Positions 7,104-14,623 of a stretch of 35,795 bases of DNA are shown piece after piece. Position numbers and translations under genes: made by a program. Under the pieces are notes generated by a model. It did no database searches. It saw nothing but the letters and a program-made list of their open reading frames with translations, and was not told where the DNA came from. Origin of the DNA: Thermoanaerobaculia bacterium (GTDB taxonomy: Bacteria > Acidobacteriota > Thermoanaerobaculia > Gp7-AA8); the NCBI GenBank assembly GCA_036264035.1, contig DATART010000124.1, positions 1 through 35,795 on the forward strand, given 5' to 3'. Positions within the stretch are counted from its first letter, which is position 1. Every line of letters starts with the position of its first letter.

Positions 7104-8963
7104 GTGACCCCCGTTACGTCCCCATCCGCGACGAGAACCCATCCTCGTAGCTTGTCCTCGATCAGAGTGTCGCTGGCCGCGTTCGTTCTCGCCATCGCCA
7201 CGCCGTCATTCGCCATCACGTACGTCGTCCCGCCGGATCGGTTCGAGATCGACCGGGCGGCGGCGATTGTGGTCGGACGCATTCTCGGCGCGCATGTGGA
7301 ACGGTCGCGGTTCGGGATCGAGACGGTGACGACGGTCGCGATCGACGAGGCAATCAAGGGAAATCCCGGCACCGTCGCCAACGTACATACGCCCGGCGGA
7401 ACGCTCGGCGCGGAGACGCGCGTAGTTCCCGGCGCTCCGACATTTGTCGACGGCGAGCGTGTTCTTCTTTTTCTCTCCCGGCGCGGCGATGGCGGCTACG
7501 TCATCACCGACCTCGGACTCGGAACCTTTCGTCTCGTGCGCGATGAGTTTGGCCGCGAACTCGCCGTCCGCAACGACGCGGACATCGAAGGGTGGGACGC
7601 CGGCGGCAACGTGCATGTCGAGCAGCAGCGATCCGCGGATCGATTCCTCGACTACATTCGCGGCGTTCTTCGCGGCGAAACGATTGCCGAGGATTACTTC
7701 GTTGCGAGGATGACGAACGTGAAGGCGGAATCGCTGCACCCGATCGCGGCCGCATCATTCACCGCCACTTCCTACATGCTCACCTACGGCTCCGGCCTCG
7801 GCACGCGCTGGAACGTCTTTCCGAGCGCCGTGAGCTGGAACCGTGGCAACTCCGAAACGGGTCCGCTCGGAAACGGCGCCGCCGAGATCAGCGCCGCCTT
7901 CAGCACCTGGAACGCCGGCGGAACGAACTACGTCCTCTCCAGCGCCAACGCGAATCCGAATGGATTCCTCGACGCCACCGACGGCACGAACAACATTGTC
8001 TTCGAAAAGAACCTCACCTCGGCCGGCCTGCAGCCATTCAGCTGTTCCTCCGGCGGCGCGCTCGGCATCGCCGGCATGACGCACGCGGGCTTCGGAGGCG
8101 GGACACACGTCTTCCGCGGCGAGACGTTCGCCACAACGCTCGAAGCCGACGTCAGCATGAATCAGGGTGTGGGCACCTGCACGCCAGGACAGGTTCCGCA
8201 GGAGCTTTTCAAAAGCGCGATCACGCACGAGTTCGGCCACACGCTTGGATTCCGCCACTCCGATCAGACCCGCAACCTGAGCGCGTCGTGCGCCGGCGAT
8301 CCGACGCTCGACTGCACCAGCTCCGCGATCATGAATCACATCCTCGTCTCAGGGCTCAACGGCCAGCTCCTGGCCTGGGACAACACCGCGCTCAACGCCG
8401 TCTACGGAGCCGCACCGGCCTGCACCCCGCCGTCGATCACGCTGCAACCGTTCGGCGCGTCGATCAACGCCGGCAACTCTGTGCAACTTTCCGTCGCCGC
8501 CACCGGCACGCCTCCACTGTCGTATCAATGGTTCGTCGGATTCACAGGCGATACATCAACGCCGGTGGTTAATGGGACGACGTCGACGATCGTCGTGGCG
8601 CCGGCAATCACGACGTCGTATTGGGTTCGCGTCACGGGCGCCTGCGCACCGGTCGCGAACAGCAACGCGGCAACAATCGTCGTGACGGTATGCGTGCCGC
8701 CGCAAATTCTGAACACGCTGAAGGATCAGACGGTCCTCGCAGGAACCGTCGTCTCGCTCACCGTGAATGTCATCGGCACAAATCCGGCCGTCTCCTGGAT
8801 GGCGAACGGAAACCTGATCGGCTTCGGTCCGACCCTGACCACAACCCCGCTGACGCAGACAACGCAATTCCGCGCGCATGCGGTCAACGCCTGCGGCTCC
8901 GCCGACAGCAACCTCGTCACGATCACCGTGACTCCGCCGCGGCGGCGGCCGGTACTGCACTAA
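7104..8963 (+). CDS. secreted zinc metalloprotease (metzincin, matrixin/serralysin-like) with two C-terminal Ig-like repeats
   Basis: HEFGHTLGFRHSD (HExxHxxGxxH) followed by a SSAIMNH Met-turn candidate. Signal-like SSIRVSLAAFVLAIATPSFA. Two ~85-aa repeats, each with the pattern G..V.L.V...G..P..(YQ)W. Start ambiguous: GTG 7104 or TTG 7152. TTG 7005 is unlikely because it sits 3 nt from the divergent SDR start. Confidence 0.7.
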   Translation: MTPVTSPSATRTHPRSLSSIRVSLAAFVLAIATPSFAITYVVPPDRFEIDRAAAIVVGRILGAHVERSRFGIETVTTVAIDEAIKGNPGTVANVHTPGGTLGAETRVVPGAPTFVDGERVLLFLSRRGDGGYVITDLGLGTFRLVRDEFGRELAVRNDADIEGWDAGGNVHVEQQRSADRFLDYIRGVLRGETIAEDYFVARMTNVKAESLHPIAAASFTATSYMLTYGSGLGTRWNVFPSAVSWNRGNSETGPLGNGAAEISAAFSTWNAGGTNYVLSSANANPNGFLDATDGTNNIVFEKNLTSAGLQPFSCSSGGALGIAGMTHAGFGGGTHVFRGETFATTLEADVSMNQGVGTCTPGQVPQELFKSAITHEFGHTLGFRHSDQTRNLSASCAGDPTLDCTSSAIMNHILVSGLNGQLLAWDNTALNAVYGAAPACTPPSITLQPFGASINAGNSVQLSVAATGTPPLSYQWFVGFTGDTSTPVVNGTTSTIVVAPAITTSYWVRVTGACAPVANSNAATIVVTVCVPPQILNTLKDQTVLAGTVVSLTVNVIGTNPAVSWMANGNLIGFGPTLTTTPLTQTTQFRAHAVNACGSADSNLVTITVTPPRRRPVLH

Positions 8964-8992
8964 CTCCGGAAATCAGAGTTCCGGGAACACCT

Positions 8993-9226
8993 TCAGAAGG
9001 GATGCCTCCAGCGGAGGCCTGGGAAGCGGCTGTAATCGCGGTCGGTCGTAATCCACTCGCAGCCCGATTCGACCGCGAGCGCAGCCAGGAACGCGTCGGC
9101 GATGATGTCGCCGCGCGCCTGAGCCTTCACACAAAAGGAAGTGAAGATTCCCCAATGCCGCTCGCCGGGAGTGATCAGGACTGCGTTGGGTTGATCGCGC
9201 AGAAATCCGCAAAACTCGAGCGCGCG
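8993..9226 (-). pseudogene. vapC: 5'-truncated vapC-type PIN-domain toxin remnant
   Basis: Manual minus-strand translation gives ...ALEFCGFLRDQPNAVLITPGERHWGIFTSFCVKAQARGDIIADAFLAALAVESGCEWITTDRDYSRFPGLRWRHPF*. This matches the C-terminal half of VapC toxins that end ..DAHLAALA..TxDRDFxRFPGLRWxNP. The N-terminal half with the first acidic residues and any start codon are absent. Not in the ORF track because it has no start. Confidence 0.7.
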
Positions 9227-9928
9227 TCGAAGTCGTCGAAGGCGACGACATGGTTTACCGGGCTGGATCCGGAGCGGCGAAGAGTCAGGGCGGCTTGCGG
9301 CTGGCCATGACCAGGAGCCTGTCAGGTCTCGCTGTCCGCGAAAACGCTGATGCGTTGCGACAACACCGAAACCGATCCGCGCGTCGATGGCGCAGCCTGC
9401 CGTGCGCTTGGAATCCGCTCGATGATGATCGCGCCGCTGTTGGAAGGGACGAACGCCGTCGGAGCGCTCAAAACATTCTCGCGGGATGCGCAGGCCTTCT
9501 CCGATCTCGACGCGTACGTGCTGCAGCTTCTGGCCGGCATGACCTCGGCCGCACTGCTGCAGGCGCGCACGTTCCGCGAGCTGGAGGCGTCGGAAGCGCG
9601 GTATCGCATGCTCTTCGACCGCAACATCGCCGGCGTGTTTCGGTCAACGCTCGACGGCCGCATTCTCGACTGCAATGAGTCGCTGGCGCAGTATCTCGGC
9701 TATGACTCCCGCGAAGAGCTGATCGCGCAGCCGGCATGGAATCTCTACCATCAGCGCTCCGACCGGGGAGAGCTGATCCGCCTCGTGCAGCAGAACCGGA
9801 CCATGCTCAATATCCGCATGCCCTTCCGCCGCAAGGATGGCTCGTCGCTCCTCGGCATGATCAGCGCCAGCATCGTTCACAGCAACACGGACGAGCCGCA
9901 ACTGCTCGGGACGCTGGTCGAAGCGTAA
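9220..9928 (+). pseudogene. GAF-PAS sensor remnant (5'-truncated, frameshifted, no output domain)
   Basis: Frame 1 reads ..ARVEVVEGDDMVYRAGSGAAKSQGGLRLAMTRSLSGLAVR. Frame 2 continues KTLMRCDNTETDPRVDGAACRALGIRSMMIAPL.... These are two halves of one GAF domain, joined only by a frameshift near 9338-9345. A PAS domain follows (RYRMLFDRNIAGVFRSTLDGRILDCNESLAQYLGY...), then a stop at 9926-9928 without a kinase or other output. The ATG-initiated ORF 9350..9928 could still yield a partial protein. Confidence 0.65.
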
Positions 9929-9954
9929 ATCCGCTGGCCCGAAAGTCTGGCGCG

Positions 9955-11433
9955 TCAATCGAGATGGTAGACGCGGATCGACTTTCCGATGCGCGTGTAC
10001 GGCTTGCCGGCGATCATGCCGTCGAGCCAGTTCTTCACTTTCGGGCTGTGTGTTTCGCCGATGGCGATCTCCATCTCGCTCGTCGCAAACCAGCCATGGA
10101 TCTCCTCCACATTCTTGATCACCTTGTGCGGCGGTAAGCCGAGGCGATCGAGGTCGGCCGACGTGAAGAGGAGCAGCGAGATGCTCGGGATGTGCTCGCG
10201 GCGTGTGTAGCGTACGAGGCGCAGCACGTCCTGTCCCCAATCGAGATTGCTGTCGTTGAGCACCTTCTCCGGATGCGGCGCAAATGCGTTGAACCACGGC
10301 AGATAGTCGGGATGCGCGGCCACTCCGCTGACGAAAAGCCAGAGCACGAGTAACGCCGACGCGATGCGAAGGCGCGGCCACGCCAGAATCGCAGCGGCAG
10401 CGGCGATCGCGAGTGGTGCATACATCGGCAACACGTGACGGACGCCGATGTTGATCTGGCTCGTCATCGCCACGCCGAGGATCGCCAGCGCGATCAGAGG
10501 CACCTCGGGGCGGCGGCGCGCCAGCAGAGCGCATCCGGTCAGTGCGATCAGCAGAAACGGGATCGGCGTCTTGAAAAAGAGCGCGACCGGGAAGTAATAC
10601 CACCAGCCGTTCCAGTTCAGTTGCTCGAAAAGGAAATTGCGATGGCCGGTGGCGTCGTGATGGCGGACGTCGGCGATGCCGTCGATCAATGGTTGAAAAC
10701 TGAATCCGAATCCGGCCCAGACCAACGCCACGGCAAGAATCAAGGCCACGACTCCGCAGATCAGAAACGTCGAACGGATCGCTGATGCGTTTTTCCGGCC
10801 TCGAATCCACATCACGGCCAGCAGGACCGCGGCAGCGGCGGGAAAGAAGACAAGGAACGAGTACTTCGAGAGCACGCCCGCGGCGAGGGCGATGCCGGTC
10901 ATCGCCGTACGCCGCCACGATGGATGTTCAGCGAGCCGCGTCAGTTCGTCGAGCGCGAACGGCATCATCGCCGTCACCACCATGTCCGTCGTCGCAAGTC
11001 CGCCGTGCGCCAGGACCGGCGGGAGCAGGGCGAAGAGAGCGGCCGAAAGGAGGCCCGCTTCCGGCGAGAAGAGATGCATCGCCCATCGCGCCACGAAAAT
11101 AATTGCGAGCGCGAGAAAGAGAAGATTGCCGATGCGCATTCGCGCCAGGTTGCTGGTGTAGCGGCCGTTCGTCAGGAGCTCATTGCCGCGGATTGCGCGG
11201 TCCGTACCCGCGGGTTCGGGCGCATTCAAGAACGGCAGCGCGAAGAAGACACGCGCCAGCGGCGGATGGTGCAGGTCCGTCGTCCAGGAGTGGTGTTTGA
11301 GGATGTCGTAGCCGGCGATGAGATGCAGATTCTCGTCGCTGGTCTGCGCGAAGACGCGATGCGTTGCCGCGACGCGCCCGACGGACAGCGCCACGATGAT
11401 CGCCACTCCGATCCAGGCGCGCCGCCGCGTCAC
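9955..11433 (-). CDS. GT-C fold glycosyltransferase, family 39 / PMT_2-like (ArnT / protein-O-mannosyltransferase-like)
   Basis: Polytopic membrane protein. Has an early DE-containing loop (SDENLHLIAGY), LSKYSFLVFFP and NGWWYYFPVALFFKTPIPFL, typical of GT39/PMT_2 proteins, plus a C-terminal soluble domain. Start taken at GTG 11433, which overlaps the stop of the upstream small ORF (GTGA). Confidence 0.7.
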   Translation of the reverse strand: MTRRRAWIGVAIIVALSVGRVAATHRVFAQTSDENLHLIAGYDILKHHSWTTDLHHPPLARVFFALPFLNAPEPAGTDRAIRGNELLTNGRYTSNLARMRIGNLLFLALAIIFVARWAMHLFSPEAGLLSAALFALLPPVLAHGGLATTDMVVTAMMPFALDELTRLAEHPSWRRTAMTGIALAAGVLSKYSFLVFFPAAAAVLLAVMWIRGRKNASAIRSTFLICGVVALILAVALVWAGFGFSFQPLIDGIADVRHHDATGHRNFLFEQLNWNGWWYYFPVALFFKTPIPFLLIALTGCALLARRRPEVPLIALAILGVAMTSQINIGVRHVLPMYAPLAIAAAAAILAWPRLRIASALLVLWLFVSGVAAHPDYLPWFNAFAPHPEKVLNDSNLDWGQDVLRLVRYTRREHIPSISLLLFTSADLDRLGLPPHKVIKNVEEIHGWFATSEMEIAIGETHSPKVKNWLDGMIAGKPYTRIGKSIRVYHLD

Positions 11434-11759
11434 GAACGCCTCTTCAGCCAGAGACTGCGGCCCGGATTCTCCAGCGTCAGCGGCATCAATTCGGCGAGCA
11501 GCCCGCGATGGAATCGCGCCAGCCAGGTTCCGAACAGCACGACCTCGAACGCATCGTTGAACTCGAGAAAGGCGCGCAGGATGTAGTTCTCGTTCCACGC
11601 CCGGCCTTCGCACACCCACTCCTTCGGATCCCGCTCCGCTTCGAGCGCCACGATGTACCGATGCAGATCACCAAGCCGTGGCAACCGCCGCGCCGCGCGT
11701 TTCAGGAAGCCGGACACTGTGCGCGATTCTAAACGTAGGATTGCAGATCGCGGCGGCAA
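11430..11759 (-). CDS. hypothetical small soluble protein (start uncertain: TTG 11759 or GTG 11717)
   Basis: Protein-like sequence ..DLHRYIVALEAERDPKEWVCEGRAWNENYILRAFLEFNDAFEVVLFGTWLARFHRGLL... Its stop is fused to the GT39 start (GTGA at 11430-11433). Confidence 0.5.
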   Translation of the reverse strand: MPPRSAILRLESRTVSGFLKRAARRLPRLGDLHRYIVALEAERDPKEWVCEGRAWNENYILRAFLEFNDAFEVVLFGTWLARFHRGLLAELMPLTLENPGRSLWLKRRS

Positions 11760-11816
11760 GCGACGCTCGACGCCGCCCTCGCCCTCGCGAAGACGGCGAT
11801 GTGCGAAATGTTGGGA

Positions 11817-12569
11817 TCAACTGATCGTGCCGCCGAGGTAGTTGATGCAGTTGAGGATGAACGAGAGATTGCTGCCGTGCGCAACTTCGCCCGGCGCGGG
11901 ATAGCCCGTTCCCGCATCGCCGCAGAGTCCCGACCGCGCCGCCATGATCACAGTGCCGTCGTTGCTGTAAGAGAACTCCACTGCGAACGCGTAATCCGCC
12001 GGGCTGTAGTTGCTGCCGCTCGTGTCGCTGACGTTTGGCGGAAACGAGTAAAGCACCGTTCCGTTCCCTGGCGCGACACCGCACGACAGGAGCGCATAGA
12101 CGTTAGGGAGCAGCCAGTCCCGCGGTGCCGGCTTAGGTACTTGCATCACCGCCAGCGCCAACGGCGTAAACGGAAGTTGTGCGACCTCGAACCCCGCGGG
12201 CACGATCGTAATCCCGAGCGCCCCCGCCAGTACAGCGTCGAAGCCGGTATAAAACGTGTGGTTGCTGATGAACAGCAACTGTCCTCCGTTGTTCACCCAG
12301 GCCGGGATTCCAGTCAGGTCAGTCTCCGAAAAATCGAAGCTCGTTTCGTTCGGAATCGCGGGCGTGTAACCGGGTTGCGTGGCCGGGTAATGGGTGAGGA
12401 TCACGAGGACGTCCACTCCGTCGAGTTGCTGCGAGATGGGCTGCGTGTAATCCGTGAATGAATACGTGGTGCCCTGAGCGTCCAGCGCGTTGAGGAGCGT
12501 GACGAGATGGTTGGATGTTTCATTCTGGACTTGCACCTGAGTTCCCATACTGTCGAACAGGATGTTCAT
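11817..12569 (-). CDS. hypothetical protein, possibly class-I glutamine-amidotransferase-like / ThuA-like fold
   Basis: ATG 12569 preceded by AGGAGG (12577-12582, minus strand). 250 aa, MNILFDSMGTQVQVQ.... The pattern DGVDVLVILTHY...LTGIPAWVNNGGQLLFISNH resembles ThuA/DUF4159-type domains. No signal peptide. Visibly lower G+C than its neighbours. The rest of ORF 11817..13727 is antisense shadow. Confidence 0.6.
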   Translation of the reverse strand: MNILFDSMGTQVQVQNETSNHLVTLLNALDAQGTTYSFTDYTQPISQQLDGVDVLVILTHYPATQPGYTPAIPNETSFDFSETDLTGIPAWVNNGGQLLFISNHTFYTGFDAVLAGALGITIVPAGFEVAQLPFTPLALAVMQVPKPAPRDWLLPNVYALLSCGVAPGNGTVLYSFPPNVSDTSGSNYSPADYAFAVEFSYSNDGTVIMAARSGLCGDAGTGYPAPGEVAHGSNLSFILNCINYLGGTIS

Positions 12570-12657
12570 GACTACCTCCTGCTGACAGGGACTGACGGGC
12601 GTGGCGCTTTTTCCAGACCGCAAATTTTGTGATGCAGACGCACCTTCAATCTCCCGT

Positions 12658-12685
12658 GGAAACCGGACGCCCCGTGGCAGTCGAA
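12658..12685 (+). promoter_or_regulatory. candidate ECF-type promoter GGAAACC-N15-GTCGAA
   Basis: AAC at 12661-12663, a 16-nt spacer, then GTC at 12680-12682. About 20 nt upstream of ATG 12705. The same AACC...GTC(G/C)AA pattern recurs at 19002-19027. Confidence 0.25.
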
Positions 12686-12704
12686 TTGGATGGAGGAAAG
12701 GAAA

Positions 12705-13721
12705 ATGTCCAATACGACTTCGACGACGATCACTCCCGTTCCAATGATCTATGCCTCGTTTTTCGGCGTCTGTAATCCCGACGATTCCACACTCGAGTCC
12801 TACAATGCCTCCGCGACCGATCTCGCCGGCTCTGGATTCGCGACGGTGAATCTCTGGCAATTTCACGTCGACGCTGCCGGCAACCTGCTCTTCAACGCGG
12901 CCGCGCCAGGACCGGCTCTGATCTCCGGCGGTGCGCTGCAGAGCGGGTTCTCGTACGTTCCCGGAGTCTTTGCCGCGTTGACAGCATCGGCAAGCAAGGT
13001 GACGAAGGTCCGGGCCACCATCGGCGGCTGGGGACTCGATAACACCTTCAACAACATGGTGCAACTGATCAACCAATTCGGCACCGGGCCGGCCAATCCC
13101 CTCTATCAGAACTTTGTCGCCCTGAAGGCGTTGGGAGTCACCGGGATCGATCTCGATCTCGAGCCCTCCGGCGGAAAGGTCATCCACGACTACCCTTACT
13201 ACATCGGCCCACTCGCGCAACTGATCACCATGATCGCGGGGCTGGGGCTGGGCACGACATTCTGCCCGTACCAGAACGAGAATTTCTGGCTCGTTCTCCT
13301 TGCCGCCGTTTACACGCAGAACGGCGGCCAGCAGCCGGTCAAGTCGATGAACGTGCAGTGCTACTCCGGCGGAGCAGGCAACACGCAAACCGCCTGGATC
13401 GACGTCCTCAACCAGTTCCCGGATCTGCAGACCGGAATGGCCACAACGGCGTCGGAAGCGCTTGGCATCAGCGATCCGGCCTCCTTCGTCGTTCCCGGAC
13501 TGGGACTTATGCTCAGCGGCCAGCCGCAATGCCCGTCCGCGCTTCAGCAGGCGCTGACGGCCAAGGGCTTCGCGCAGAAGGGCATCACCGGCGCCTACCT
13601 GTTCAACTACGCGAACATCCAGAGCATTCAGCAGAGCGGGAGCTGCCCGAACGACAACACGACGGCCGACTACGCAAACGCCATCATCGCGGGCATTAAC
13701 GCGGTGAACGGTGCGAGCTGA
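12705..13721 (+). CDS. glycoside hydrolase family 18-like (chitinase / endo-beta-N-acetylglucosaminidase-like) protein without signal peptide
   Basis: KVRATIGGWG ... LGVTGIDLDLEPSG matches the GH18 SxGG and DGxDxDxE catalytic strand (D-L-D-L-E). Later QCYSGG and GAYLFNY. ATG 12705 is preferred over 12690 because GGAGG (12692-12696) sits 8 nt upstream. Confidence 0.65.
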   Translation: MSNTTSTTITPVPMIYASFFGVCNPDDSTLESYNASATDLAGSGFATVNLWQFHVDAAGNLLFNAAAPGPALISGGALQSGFSYVPGVFAALTASASKVTKVRATIGGWGLDNTFNNMVQLINQFGTGPANPLYQNFVALKALGVTGIDLDLEPSGGKVIHDYPYYIGPLAQLITMIAGLGLGTTFCPYQNENFWLVLLAAVYTQNGGQQPVKSMNVQCYSGGAGNTQTAWIDVLNQFPDLQTGMATTASEALGISDPASFVVPGLGLMLSGQPQCPSALQQALTAKGFAQKGITGAYLFNYANIQSIQQSGSCPNDNTTADYANAIIAGINAVNGAS

Positions 13722-13747
13722 CGGCAATCCCTATCTACGTACTGTCG

Positions 13748-14623
13748 GTGTATCCTTTAGGGCGGGTCCACCGACAATTGAATCCTTCCTCGCTGTTCGA
13801 GACGAACCTGGCGGTCATCGATGGCGTGATCGCCATGGTGTGCAGGCGCGCACGGCTGCACGGCGCGGACGCCGAAGATTTCGCCTCATCGGTCCGCATC
13901 GCGCTCATGGAGAACGACTACGCCATCCTGCGCCAGTACGCCGGACGCTCCTCGTTCGCCACCTATCTCGGCGTGGTGGTCCAACGCCTTCTCCTCGATC
14001 AGCGCTCGCGGGCGCTGGGCCGCTGGCGTCCATCGCGCGAGGCGGAACGATTCGGCGAGGCAGGTGTGCTATTGGAGACGCTGCTGCATCGCGACCTTCG
14101 CACCCTCGAAGAATCGCTTCCCATCATTCAACGCCTCGACGGCACGATCACGCGCGAGCGCGCGGCCGGGATGGCGGCGCGCTTTCCCCTCCGGATAACA
14201 AAACCTCGCGCGGTGGATCTCGATGAGGATGTGCCCGTTGCCGGCAGCTATGCGGCAGATGACCGCGTCGTAGACGCCGACCGCCGCAGGCTGAGCGCCG
14301 AGACCAGCCGCGTGGTGCGGAAGGCGCTGGCGGCATTGCCGGACGAAGACGCCATGATCCTTCGCTTCCGTTTCGCCTCGGAGATGAGCATCGCCGACAT
14401 CTCGCGCATGCTGCGGCTGCCGCAGCGCCCGCTCTACCGCCGGTTGGAATCGCTGATCGCACGCCTTCGTGCGGCCCTGGCCGCGGCTGGTCTCAACGCG
14501 GGCGATGTCATCGCGTTGGTCGGCGAAGCGCAGGAGATGGATTTCGGCCTCGCAGACGGGAAAACCGATCCCGCGCGGCAGTCGCTCATTACGGAGACCC
14601 GAGCGGCGGAGGAGGGCCGATGA
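13748..14623 (+). CDS. ECF-type sigma-70 family factor with extended sigma2-sigma4 linker
   Basis: Sigma2-like DAEDFASSVRIALMENDYAILRQYAGRSSFATYLGVVVQRLLLDQRSR. Sigma4-like LPDEDAMILRFRFASEMSIADISRMLRLPQRPLYRRLESLIARLR. GTG 13748 or TTG 13778 start. Stop overlaps the next ATG. Confidence 0.8.
   Translation: MYPLGRVHRQLNPSSLFETNLAVIDGVIAMVCRRARLHGADAEDFASSVRIALMENDYAILRQYAGRSSFATYLGVVVQRLLLDQRSRALGRWRPSREAERFGEAGVLLETLLHRDLRTLEESLPIIQRLDGTITRERAAGMAARFPLRITKPRAVDLDEDVPVAGSYAADDRVVDADRRRLSAETSRVVRKALAALPDEDAMILRFRFASEMSIADISRMLRLPQRPLYRRLESLIARLRAALAAAGLNAGDVIALVGEAQEMDFGLADGKTDPARQSLITETRAAEEGR

Noticed and set aside
9929-9954. Terminator between the GAF-PAS remnant and the GT39 gene
   Set aside because: I tried to pair ccgctggcc...tctggcgcg and found no convincing stem or U-tract.
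12570-13727. N-terminal 386 aa of the 636-aa minus-strand ORF 11817..13727
   Set aside because: This part is antisense to the GH18-like gene and Arg-rich. A clean ATG with an AGGAGG SD at 12569 starts a compositionally coherent 250-aa protein, so only 11817..12569 is kept.
13690-13777. Autoregulatory ECF-type promoter directly upstream of the sigma gene
   Set aside because: I checked each AAC in this stretch for (C)GTC 16-17 nt downstream and found none. No promoter call is made here.
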